Assembly: GCA_021733985.1 (NCBI GenBank) | Contig: JAIPJT010000008.1 | Span: forward strand, 13,092 to 77,091 | DNA from: Victivallales bacterium | Lineage (GTDB): Bacteria > Verrucomicrobiota > Lentisphaeria > Victivallales > GWF2-38-69 | Direction: 5' to 3' | DNA length: 64,000 nucleotides | Shown here: positions 11,274 to 19,697 of the stretch, one piece after another | Numbering within the stretch: the first letter of the stretch is position 1 | How the letters are laid out: each line of letters begins with the position of its first letter | The notes under the pieces: model-generated | Databases searched by the model: none | The model's input: only the letters and a program-made list of their open reading frames with translations | What the model was told of the DNA's origin: nothing | Translations under genes and position numbers: made by a program

Positions 11274-14099
11274 ATGAAAGTTATTGCATATAATGAACTT
11301 GATACAAAAGGAGTCAGCAAACAATATGCAAAGGTAGTAAGGATGCTTGAAAATGAAGATTTCAGGTCGGCTGAAGTTAAGAAAATTTCCGGCAATTCTC
11401 TATACAGGGCTAAACTTGACTACACTAACCGTCTGCTGTTTAAACTTGTAAAATACCGGCATGCTGTTTATGCTCTTATTCTTGAGATAATCAGGAATCA
11501 TAATTATGCCGGTTCAAAGTTTTTAAACGGCGCTGCCGTTAATGAAGAAAAGTTGAAAGATGTTCTAGATACAGCAAGCTTAAAAGAAAAAGACTTTTCT
11601 CCAATAACCTATATTAATGATAAAAATTCGAATTTTAATGTTCTTGATAAAATTCTTTCATTTGATGATGTTCAGAATGAAGTTTTTAATTTAAGGACAC
11701 CAATAATTATTATTGGTTCCGCTGGAAGTGGAAAAACAGTTCTAACTCTAGAAAAACTAAAACATCTCCATGGAGATGGACTTTATGTTACACTTTCACC
11801 ATATTTAGTAGAAAATTCCAGAAATCTCTATTATTCAAATTATTATGTTAATGACAAACAGAACATTGATTTCCTTTCATTCCGGGAATTTATTGAAACA
11901 ATTAAAATTCCCGCCGGTAAAGAAATTTCAGTAGAATCTTTTAATGAATGGTTTTTAAGAAATAAGGCAAACTTTAAAATAAAAGATTCACATAAAATCT
12001 ATGAGGAATTTAACGGTGTTTTGTCAGGTTCAACTGTTAATGCACAGTATTTAACAAAAGAAGAATATTTAAGTAAAGGAATAAAACAGTCAATATTTAA
12101 TAATTTTGAAAGAGAAGAAGTATATAATATATTTGAACGCTATTTGAAGTTTCTTAGTATGTCCGAATTTTATGATACCAATATAATTTCTTATGATTAT
12201 CTCAAACTATGCAGCCCTAAATATGATTTTGTTATTGTAGATGAAGTTCAGGATTTAACAGCCAGCCAGCTTAATTTAATTATTAAGTCTCTAAAAAATG
12301 TTCATAACTTCATACTTTGCGGTGATTCAAACCAAATTGTTCATCCCAATTTTTTTTCCTGGGCGACCGTCAAGACTCTATTCTATGAAAAAAAAACATA
12401 TGAGCCTAAAAAACTAATCAGAGTTTTAAATAAGAACTTTAGAAATTCACCCGAAGTTACAAATATCTCTAATGATCTTCTTTTACTCAAAAATAGAAGA
12501 TTCGGTTCAATTGACAAAGAATCAAATTTTCTGGTAAATAGTTCACTCTCAAATTCGGGCAGTATTGAACTTCTGAAAAATTCGCCGGCTATAAAAGCAA
12601 AGCTTAATAATAATACAGCTTCTTCTACTAAGTATGCTGTAATAGTAATGAGAAACGAAGACAAAGCTGAGGCTTCTAAATTTTTCAAAACTCCTTTGAT
12701 TTTTTCTATTCAGGAAGCAAAAGGTTTAGAATATGAAAATATTATTCTGTATAATTTCGTATCTGCCAATGCAAAGGAATTTACTCAAATAACAGAAGGA
12801 GTTTCAAAAGAAGATTTAAAAAAAGAGCTGAAATACGCAAGAAACAGAAACAAGGCTGATAAAACTCTCGAAACATATAAGTTTTATATTAACTCACTTT
12901 ATGTGGCTTTTACGCGCGCCGTTAAAAATCTTTTTATAATTGAAAACAACCGAAAACACAACCTGCTTGAATTATTAGGATTAATTGATTTCAGTGATCA
13001 GACAAATGTAAAAAAACAGGAATCAAATTCAGACGATTGGAAAAGAGAAGCACACCGCCTGGAATTACAAGGAAAAAAGGAGCAGGCAGATGCTATTAAA
13101 AGAAAAATTTTAAAAACTATAGACGTACCATGGGATGTTCTTACATACGAAAGTCTACCGGATAAAATAACAGAAGCATTTAACCCGGAAAGATATAACA
13201 ATCAGGTTAAAATGCTAATTTTTGAATATGCTGTGATTTATCATGTTCCGTATCTTATTGATAGGCTCATAGAATTTAAATTTAACAGAGCGAAAAGAGC
13301 TGATATTGAAATTAGAAATATCCAAAGAAAATATTATTCAGAGTATACCGCCAAAAACTATAACAACCTGAATCAGAAAATTAATAAGTATGGAATAGAT
13401 TTCAGAAATAAAATTAATCAAACTCCGTTAATGATAGCAACAGAACATGGTAAAGTCGACTTAATAAAATCGTTAATTAAAAATGATGCAGATATTTCTC
13501 TTCGTGATTCAGTAGGCAGGCAGGCTCAACACATAGCTTTACGAAAAGCTTTTACGGATAGTAAATATGCTGAAAATGTTCTTGCAGAAGTTTACAGGCT
13601 TTTAGAAACATCAAGTTTCAAGGTTAAAGTTCATGATAAAATGATTAAAATTGATAATAGATGTATGCCTTTTTTCATATTTAACTTAATGTTTTCGGCA
13701 CAAGTTGAACTTATGAAAAATAAAATTGATTACGATGTACCAGCATTCCAGGCAGGTGATTTTGTAAAGGCATTAGCAGCTTTTCCTGAGTCAATTATGC
13801 CTGCTTACAGAAAGAAACGTTCATACATTTCTTCTATACTATCTGGAAACGAAGTAATGAAAACCACAGGTAGTGGTTATAATAGAAAAATATTTCTGAG
13901 AATTAGGACAGGTTATTATATGATAAACCCAATACTCGAAATTGATGTTAATGACAAATGGGTAAATGCCTATGAATTGATGCAGATGGAACATTATAAA
14001 AGCTCTTCTATATCAATACACAAGAGAGTTATGGAATTCCTGGAAACAAGGAAAAAGGATATAACAGAACATTTGGAAATGATCACCAATTATGGTTGA
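11274..14099 (+). CDS. Superfamily-1 (UvrD/Rep-like) helicase with RelE/ParE-like N-terminal module and C-terminal ankyrin repeats
   Basis: 941-aa ORF. Walker A IIGSAGSGKTVLTL, Walker B/motif II FVIVDEVQDL, C-terminal SF1 motif LYVAFTRAVKNLFIIE. N-terminal KKISGNSLYRAKLDYTNRLLFKLV...ILEIIRNHNY resembles the RelE/ParE toxin core. Ankyrin signature NQTPLMIATEHGKVDLIKSLIKNDADISLRDSVGRQAQHIALRKA. Confidence 0.8.
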   Translation: MKVIAYNELDTKGVSKQYAKVVRMLENEDFRSAEVKKISGNSLYRAKLDYTNRLLFKLVKYRHAVYALILEIIRNHNYAGSKFLNGAAVNEEKLKDVLDTASLKEKDFSPITYINDKNSNFNVLDKILSFDDVQNEVFNLRTPIIIIGSAGSGKTVLTLEKLKHLHGDGLYVTLSPYLVENSRNLYYSNYYVNDKQNIDFLSFREFIETIKIPAGKEISVESFNEWFLRNKANFKIKDSHKIYEEFNGVLSGSTVNAQYLTKEEYLSKGIKQSIFNNFEREEVYNIFERYLKFLSMSEFYDTNIISYDYLKLCSPKYDFVIVDEVQDLTASQLNLIIKSLKNVHNFILCGDSNQIVHPNFFSWATVKTLFYEKKTYEPKKLIRVLNKNFRNSPEVTNISNDLLLLKNRRFGSIDKESNFLVNSSLSNSGSIELLKNSPAIKAKLNNNTASSTKYAVIVMRNEDKAEASKFFKTPLIFSIQEAKGLEYENIILYNFVSANAKEFTQITEGVSKEDLKKELKYARNRNKADKTLETYKFYINSLYVAFTRAVKNLFIIENNRKHNLLELLGLIDFSDQTNVKKQESNSDDWKREAHRLELQGKKEQADAIKRKILKTIDVPWDVLTYESLPDKITEAFNPERYNNQVKMLIFEYAVIYHVPYLIDRLIEFKFNRAKRADIEIRNIQRKYYSEYTAKNYNNLNQKINKYGIDFRNKINQTPLMIATEHGKVDLIKSLIKNDADISLRDSVGRQAQHIALRKAFTDSKYAENVLAEVYRLLETSSFKVKVHDKMIKIDNRCMPFFIFNLMFSAQVELMKNKIDYDVPAFQAGDFVKALAAFPESIMPAYRKKRSYISSILSGNEVMKTTGSGYNRKIFLRIRTGYYMINPILEIDVNDKWVNAYELMQMEHYKSSSISIHKRVMEFLETRKKDITEHLEMITNYG

Positions 14100-14154
14100 T
14101 TTTGCATAACCGGATTAACAAAAAAAAGTATTCCGATAGCTTTTGAGGTAGAAC

Positions 14155-14231
14155 TGGTGGTTCCGGCAGGACTCGAACCTGCGACCAGACGATTATGAGT
14201 CGCCTGCTCTAACCAACTGAGCTACGGAACC
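14155..14231 (-). tRNA. tRNA with CAU anticodon (Met or lysidine-modified Ile2; the anticodon arm looks Ile2-like)
   Basis: Manual cloverleaf, 77 nt: GGTTCCG TA GCTC AGTTGGTTA GAGC A GGCGA CTCATAA TCGTC TGGTC GCAGG TTCGAGT CCTGC CGGAACC A CCA. The GGCGACTCATAATCG arm matches E. coli ileX as I recall it, rather than elongator or initiator Met. Confidence 0.9.
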
Positions 14232-14382
14232 GATTCTCATTATCAGAGGCTATATAAACTAACCAAAGAATCCTGAAACGCAAGTGCTGTAAATATATTT
14301 TTACTTTTTTTTTCAGGAAGTACTTCAAATACGTGGAAAATACAGTTTAAATGTCAAGTCCTGTTTTTATAAAAAATTTATA

Positions 14383-14453
14383 TACAAGTGTATGCAGTTT
14401 TATGGTTTTTGTTCCTTGTAACTAATTTCTAAAACTAATTCGTTTTGGGTATA
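14383..14453 (+). repeat. Dispersed element family, copy A (internally deleted, 71 bp)
   Basis: 5' box TATACAAGTGTATGCAGTTTTATGGTTTTTGTTCC and 3' box AAAACTAATTCGTTTTGGGTATA match copies B, C and D. The middle section is missing. Confidence 0.6.
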
Positions 14454-14458
14454 TATAC

Positions 14459-14509
14459 ACGCATTAACGATTGATTTTCGAAAAAGACAAAAAATCAATC
14501 GTAGTGCGT
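14459..14509. other. Long hairpin/inverted repeat just downstream of the ATP-grasp gene
   Basis: ACGATTGATTTT (14467-14478) and AAAATCAATCGT (14491-14502) are perfect complements around a 12-nt loop. The stem extends 7 more bp (ACGCATT/AGTGCGT, one G-T pair, one bulged A). No U-tract on either strand. Confidence 0.4.
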
Positions 14510-14522
14510 ATATTAATCGAGA

Positions 14523-15680
14523 TTACTTTGTTTTTTCAATAAAGGCAATAGCTTCTTTAAGATATTTTAGTTCAGGATGTCTTATAATGTAAATATAATC
14601 CCCCATAGCTGTGCTGAATACTTTAGGCATTTCCAGATGAAGAGCCATATGTTTACCATATTTATGCATTATTTCCTTGTGGTTGTGAACATAATTAAAT
14701 CTGTCTCTTCTGGCAACACATCCGACATTATATTTACGATTAAAAGTGATGTACTGTTCATCGTTTACCACCAGATCAGCCCAGTCCTTATATAGGTCAA
14801 TATCACACATATAATTCAGCATATCCATACAGTAACCGCCGGGAGGCCTGATATTAACTTCAAGAGCCTTATGGTTACCTTCGGGGGTTCTGAAGAATTC
14901 AAAATGGAAAAACCTTTCTTTTACATTAAAAGCCTTTACAAGCCTTTGTCCAAAATCCTCCAATTCGGGATTTAAATTTTTCTGATAAATGTAATGAACG
15001 GGGCCTCTATTGTTTACTACATCCATAATACTGTTACTAAGCTCCATCGATGAAGCGAACATTACTTCACCATGAATATTGGCAAGACCGTCATAGGTAA
15101 CAATTGTTCCTTCGACAAACTGCTCCAGTATAAGCCCTGAAGGCATATTAGCCAAGTTTTCGTTAAGCTGTTCATATGTTTTAACCTTACAGGTATGCTG
15201 TGCCCCTACCCCAATATCAGGTTTTATTATTAACGGGAAACCGTAGGTTTCAACAAACTTTTTTACCTTTGCATTTGAAGTTATTCTAATAGCCTTAGCA
15301 GCAGGGACATTTGCCTTTTCAAATTTCTTTTTCATTCCAAGTTTACTTCTGTTGAATGAAAGATCCTTTAACCGCTGGCCGAAAATATTAAAATCTTCCC
15401 TCAAACAGGCCTCCTGGTCAAGCCAGAATTCGTTATGAGATTCAACTCTGTCTATTTTCCCGTATTTGTGTGTAAAGTATCCCATTGCACGGACAAGAGA
15501 ATCATAGTCGGATAGAGATTCGACAAAATAGTATTCCGTTATAGATTTTTTCAATTCCGGTCTGAATTCATCGTACACCCCATCACCAATTGCTAAAACA
15601 TTCGCACCATTTTTTTTTAGATGAATACAAAAATTATAAAAATTGGGGGGGAACTGCGGGGATAAAAAAACAAAATTCAT
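14523..15680 (-). CDS. ATP-grasp domain protein (carboxylate-amine ligase-like), function unknown
   Basis: 385-aa ORF. Pre-ATP-grasp N-terminus MNFVFLSPQFPPNFYNFCIHLKKNGANVLAIGD and central ATP-grasp features (FPLIIKPDIGVGAQ, LILEQFVEG, EVNIRPPGG). Confidence 0.7.
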   Translation of the reverse strand: MNFVFLSPQFPPNFYNFCIHLKKNGANVLAIGDGVYDEFRPELKKSITEYYFVESLSDYDSLVRAMGYFTHKYGKIDRVESHNEFWLDQEACLREDFNIFGQRLKDLSFNRSKLGMKKKFEKANVPAAKAIRITSNAKVKKFVETYGFPLIIKPDIGVGAQHTCKVKTYEQLNENLANMPSGLILEQFVEGTIVTYDGLANIHGEVMFASSMELSNSIMDVVNNRGPVHYIYQKNLNPELEDFGQRLVKAFNVKERFFHFEFFRTPEGNHKALEVNIRPPGGYCMDMLNYMCDIDLYKDWADLVVNDEQYITFNRKYNVGCVARRDRFNYVHNHKEIMHKYGKHMALHLEMPKVFSTAMGDYIYIIRHPELKYLKEAIAFIEKTK

Positions 15681-15809
15681 ATGTTTTCCTTTTTTTAATT
15701 TTAGTATTTATATATAAACAATTGTTTTCTTTAATTTGTTATTTCCTATAAGTTTATGTTTATTGATATTAGAAAACAACCTTTAAATCACGAATGAACA
15801 CAATTTCTG

Positions 15810-16568
15810 CTATTTATCATTTTGCTTCAGCTCCTCATGAACCCATGACGGAAGTTCAGGACTTACTTTCACAGGTTTTTTTTCTTTTTTGAAAACGGGT
15901 ACTTTTTTTACAGTTTTCTTCTTTATTTTTTTATTCTCTTTATAGAACTTCTTTTCATCAGTTACTTCAGTTTCTTTTTGACTTTTTGTTTCAGCAGCCT
16001 TTGGGGGCTGTCTTTTTACTTTATGTTCTTTGCCTTTTTTCTCCTTCTTATGTTCTGCTTTTTTGATTTTTTCTTCTTCATGAAGAGTTATTGCGTGGTC
16101 TTCAACAATATTATCCTTTTCAACAGCTTTATTTTCCACTTTACCTGAGTTGGCAGGTTGCGGAGGAGTAATCAGCCTTTCAGGCAGTTTCATTTCTTTT
16201 TGGGGATGTCTTCTTTCAGTTTTCCCCGCCCTTCCGGCCGGGAGGTCATAAAACGCTTTCTTTAGTAAAAATGGAATACTTCCGAAAACGGCACCGAATC
16301 CTTTTGAAGTGCAGGCAATCATATAGTACCCTATTATATCGCACCAGGGACTGTTTGGGACTATAAGCCTTAACGGCTCAGTAGCTATTGCTGCGGGATA
16401 CCCCATTATAATACATCCGACAGCACTTCCTGCATAAGCCGGAACCTCGACAAAACTGCCTTCATGGCTGTAACCCTCGAATGCAGATTGTTTAATCGGA
16501 TTGTAGGCCGCTAAACTGTAGACAGAAAATAGAAATATAATAATAAGTATTTTTCTCATTAGATTCAC
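15810..16568 (-). CDS. Secreted or membrane-associated protein with a Lys/Glu-rich C-terminal tail
   Basis: 252-aa ORF. N-terminal signal-like MRKILIIIFLFSVYSLAA, a glycine/hydrophobic middle, and about 120 aa of KE-rich low-complexity tail (KKAEHKKEKKGKEHKVKR...KKIKKKTVKKVPVFKKEKKPVK). Confidence 0.5.
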   Translation of the reverse strand: MNLMRKILIIIFLFSVYSLAAYNPIKQSAFEGYSHEGSFVEVPAYAGSAVGCIIMGYPAAIATEPLRLIVPNSPWCDIIGYYMIACTSKGFGAVFGSIPFLLKKAFYDLPAGRAGKTERRHPQKEMKLPERLITPPQPANSGKVENKAVEKDNIVEDHAITLHEEEKIKKAEHKKEKKGKEHKVKRQPPKAAETKSQKETEVTDEKKFYKENKKIKKKTVKKVPVFKKEKKPVKVSPELPSWVHEELKQNDK

Positions 16569-16656
16569 TATGCCACCTTCAAAACTACTGGAATGCTGTA
16601 TAATTTTATTATTTTTTTACTGATTATAATCAATTATTCAAGGCTATTCAATATTA

Positions 16657-17421
16657 TCAATAAAATATTTTTCTGTTATCATCGGTACTGAAATACTCAT
16701 TATAAAGGATAGTCCCTCCCAAAACACCGCCGGGAATAAAAATTGCCGCCGCAAAAGGTATTAGAAGTACCGTATAGGCCGCCAGACCAAAGCCGAGAAT
16801 ATACAGTCTTCTACCTTTAATTACTTTTTTAAATTCTTTTCTTTTTAGCATCCTATGCTCGACACTGTAAATTAAAAAGGACATTCCAAGGAAATATGCT
16901 CCGGAAAGAGTACCGGGTAAATAACCGAAAACAGGTATGATAAAGTTTAGGGGAAACAAGACAGTAACCCAGAAAACAGTTAAAAAGTTCAGCCATATTC
17001 CGTTCCATACCGACATATAATACCCTCTAATTGCATGTTTAATACCTTTTCCCTGAATCTGGACAAATCCGTAAACTTCCTTTTCGACCTGAACCGACAA
17101 ACCGTCAAGATAAGGAGATGTTATAGCAAAAAAGACTGTATTGAACAAAAGCGCAGCTATCAGCAACACAGTAATAACTATTACAAAATTAAAAATCCAG
17201 ATCAGTGCAAAAAATATTGTCGAAAAATAAACATTGCCGCTATCCGGCAGAAAAGAATCCAGGTAAGGTAAAAAATATCGGAACAGAAAGAAAAAAATAA
17301 TTATGTAAAATATTATATTAAGAAAAAGTGAAACTTTAGCGTATTTCCAATACTGCTTATTCTGCAGCAGAATCTTTGTTCCTTTAAAGAATTTCAACAA
17401 CCCGGTAATTAACTGTTTCAT
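16657..17421 (-). CDS. Polytopic membrane protein, EI24/CysZ-like
   Basis: 254-aa ORF with several long hydrophobic segments. The N-terminal pattern (GLLKFFKGTKILLQNKQYWKYAKVSLFLNIIF...) resembles the EI24/CysZ family. Assignment is by recollection only. Confidence 0.4.
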   Translation of the reverse strand: MKQLITGLLKFFKGTKILLQNKQYWKYAKVSLFLNIIFYIIIFFFLFRYFLPYLDSFLPDSGNVYFSTIFFALIWIFNFVIVITVLLIAALLFNTVFFAITSPYLDGLSVQVEKEVYGFVQIQGKGIKHAIRGYYMSVWNGIWLNFLTVFWVTVLFPLNFIIPVFGYLPGTLSGAYFLGMSFLIYSVEHRMLKRKEFKKVIKGRRLYILGFGLAAYTVLLIPFAAAIFIPGGVLGGTILYNEYFSTDDNRKIFY

Positions 17422-17589
17422 CCTGTATTAGTTCTTCTGTTTAATGAATTTAAACGGTTTTGAGTTTAATTTTAAGCTTTACTTTAAGTAATTAACAACT
17501 TAACATAAATTCATCTATTTAATATATTGATTTTACAGGTAATTCAAATTATTCTTTATAATATATAAAACAGGACAACAAAATAAGCT

Positions 17590-18414
17590 ATGAATATCAG
17601 CCCTTATAACTCTATTGAAACTTTAAATGCAATAGAATCGAGACTGCGAAAAAATAAAAGAGTATTTTTTGTCCGTTTCGGTGACGGTGAAATTGTAAGC
17701 ATGATGGGTAAAGACCACAGAAACTACTCTTATAGCCCTCAGCTTCAGAAGGAACTAACTGAATCTTTTAAAATAAAAAATAAAAATTATCTAAAAGGTA
17801 TCGCAGTTAATATCCCATATGAAAAGGGAATGTCAAGAGGTGTATTTCTTTCACATGATCAAAACAGCAAACTGATAGACTTTCTGACAACGAATAAACT
17901 AATAACTATCAAAACAGATTTATACAGTGCTGTTTCCTTTTTATATATATCTGCTTTTAAACCGGAATTAGTCTATAATTTTTTTGAAAAATATATCAGG
18001 CCTGTTCCTGCTTTGTTCATAGGGAGTACTTCTCCTGGTATGGTAAAAAAATTGTATGGAGAAAATACTAAATATATCAAAATACCAAGTAAAAATTGTT
18101 ATAATTCTATTGACTCATGGTGGCCAAAAGTCATAGAAGAACTCAGGGGCGTTAAACTTATTTTACCATCTGCAGGCGCTGTCTCTAATGTAATAGCAAA
18201 AAGGCTATGGTATCTCGAAAAAGATATCAATGTTCTTGATATAGGCTCTCTTGTTGATGCACTGGAAAATAAAACAACGCGGACATGGATCCGTTTAGTT
18301 GGTCACCGTGTGCAGAAAATACTGCCGGCGGAACATAGGAACAACAGTTTTACTGATAAAATTAAATATTTTAAAAAAGATTTATATTATTTATTTCGTC
18401 AATTTAAAAGATAA
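17590..18414 (+). CDS. Putative GT-D-fold glycosyltransferase (DUF1792-like)
   Basis: 274-aa ORF. VFFVRFGDGE near the N-terminus matches the RFGDGE signature I associate with DUF1792/GT-D enzymes. Lies in a glycosyltransferase cluster. Confidence 0.45.
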   Translation: MNISPYNSIETLNAIESRLRKNKRVFFVRFGDGEIVSMMGKDHRNYSYSPQLQKELTESFKIKNKNYLKGIAVNIPYEKGMSRGVFLSHDQNSKLIDFLTTNKLITIKTDLYSAVSFLYISAFKPELVYNFFEKYIRPVPALFIGSTSPGMVKKLYGENTKYIKIPSKNCYNSIDSWWPKVIEELRGVKLILPSAGAVSNVIAKRLWYLEKDINVLDIGSLVDALENKTTRTWIRLVGHRVQKILPAEHRNNSFTDKIKYFKKDLYYLFRQFKR

Positions 18415-18545
18415 TTCTTGTATTTCCCGTACTATATGTTTAATTCAGTTTTATCAGCATTAAATTAAGACTTATTTCTTGTTTTAAAAATCTTCGAACA
18501 GCAGGGAAAGCTTTATCCGGTTGTTTAACGGGAACAAATTTAAAA

Positions 18546-18574
18546 TTCCAACTACCGGTTTCTACTGCTATAAT
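18546..18574 (+). promoter_or_regulatory. Candidate sigma70-type promoter for the glycosyltransferase operon
   Basis: TTCCAA (18546-18551), 17 nt, then TATAAT (18569-18574). About 70 bp upstream of the GT4 gene start. Confidence 0.3.
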
Positions 18575-18641
18575 GCTTGAAATTTATTTACTTTTTTTTT
18601 ATGATTAAATATGCCGTTTTCAATTTAATATCTTTATACTC

Positions 18642-19697
18642 ATGATAACTATGAAAATAAACTTATGCCACATAAATTTATCTAAAGATTTCCGCGGAGG
18701 TGAAATACAAACTATATTGCTTGCGGAAAAGCTTAAGGAGTATAATATAAAGCAGACTATAGTCGTCAGAAAAAAAAGCCTTTTTGAAAGAAAGGCAAAG
18801 TCTCTTAAGGGAATAAAAATTATAAGTTTGAGAAAGCCTTACTTTCTTAAATTCTGGAAACTTAGAAATTTTGACATAATCCACAACCACGAGGCAAAAG
18901 GAAAGTATATCTCATATTTGGCGAAAAGAGCTTTCAAGGTTCCATATGTAATAACCAGACGAGTGACTTTCCCTCCTACTAATACTAATTTTTCCAGAAA
19001 TGCTTTATTTAATGCTGACAGAATCACGGTTTTATCAAAAGCCATAAAACAAGCTTTAACTAAAGTTGACAATAGATTGAATATTGACATTATCCCTTCT
19101 GCAGTTTCATGTACTGAATCCAATCCTCAAAAAGTTAAAGCCCTCCGTGAAAAGTTCAAAAATAAATTTACAGTGGGAAATATTGGCGCTGTTGTTGATA
19201 ACTCAAAGGGGCATAAAAATATAGTTGAAGCAGCGGAATATTTTGAAAAACAAAACAAAGATATCCTTTTTATTGTTATTGGATACGGAAAAGATTATGA
19301 TTATTATAAAAATAAAGCTCGAAACTTAAGCAATATCATTTTTATTGGTTACACTGAAAACATCAGTAATTATATAAAAAACTTTGATGTTTTTATTTTT
19401 CCTTCACTTTCAGAAGGACTCGGTTCATCGATTATTGATGCTATGTATCACAACGTTCCGGTAATAGCATCCAATGTAGGAGGAATACCTGAATTGGTTA
19501 CAGATCATAAAACCGGGCTTTTAATCGAACCTGATAATACAAAAGAGCTGTGCGAAAAAATTTCTATACTATATAAGGACATTCAACTACGTTCAAAACT
19601 GATTGAAAATGCAAAAAAAAATTTATCTAATTATAATATCGATATTATAGCTGATAAATACAATAAATTATACCGGATAATTTTAGGAAAGAAATGA
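18642..19697 (+). CDS. Glycosyltransferase family 4 (GT-B fold)
   Basis: 351-aa ORF. C-terminal EX7E-type region FIFPSLSEGLGSSIIDAMYHNVPVIASNVGGIPELV. An alternative start at 18651 is possible. Confidence 0.8.
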   Translation: MITMKINLCHINLSKDFRGGEIQTILLAEKLKEYNIKQTIVVRKKSLFERKAKSLKGIKIISLRKPYFLKFWKLRNFDIIHNHEAKGKYISYLAKRAFKVPYVITRRVTFPPTNTNFSRNALFNADRITVLSKAIKQALTKVDNRLNIDIIPSAVSCTESNPQKVKALREKFKNKFTVGNIGAVVDNSKGHKNIVEAAEYFEKQNKDILFIVIGYGKDYDYYKNKARNLSNIIFIGYTENISNYIKNFDVFIFPSLSEGLGSSIIDAMYHNVPVIASNVGGIPELVTDHKTGLLIEPDNTKELCEKISILYKDIQLRSKLIENAKKNLSNYNIDIIADKYNKLYRIILGKK

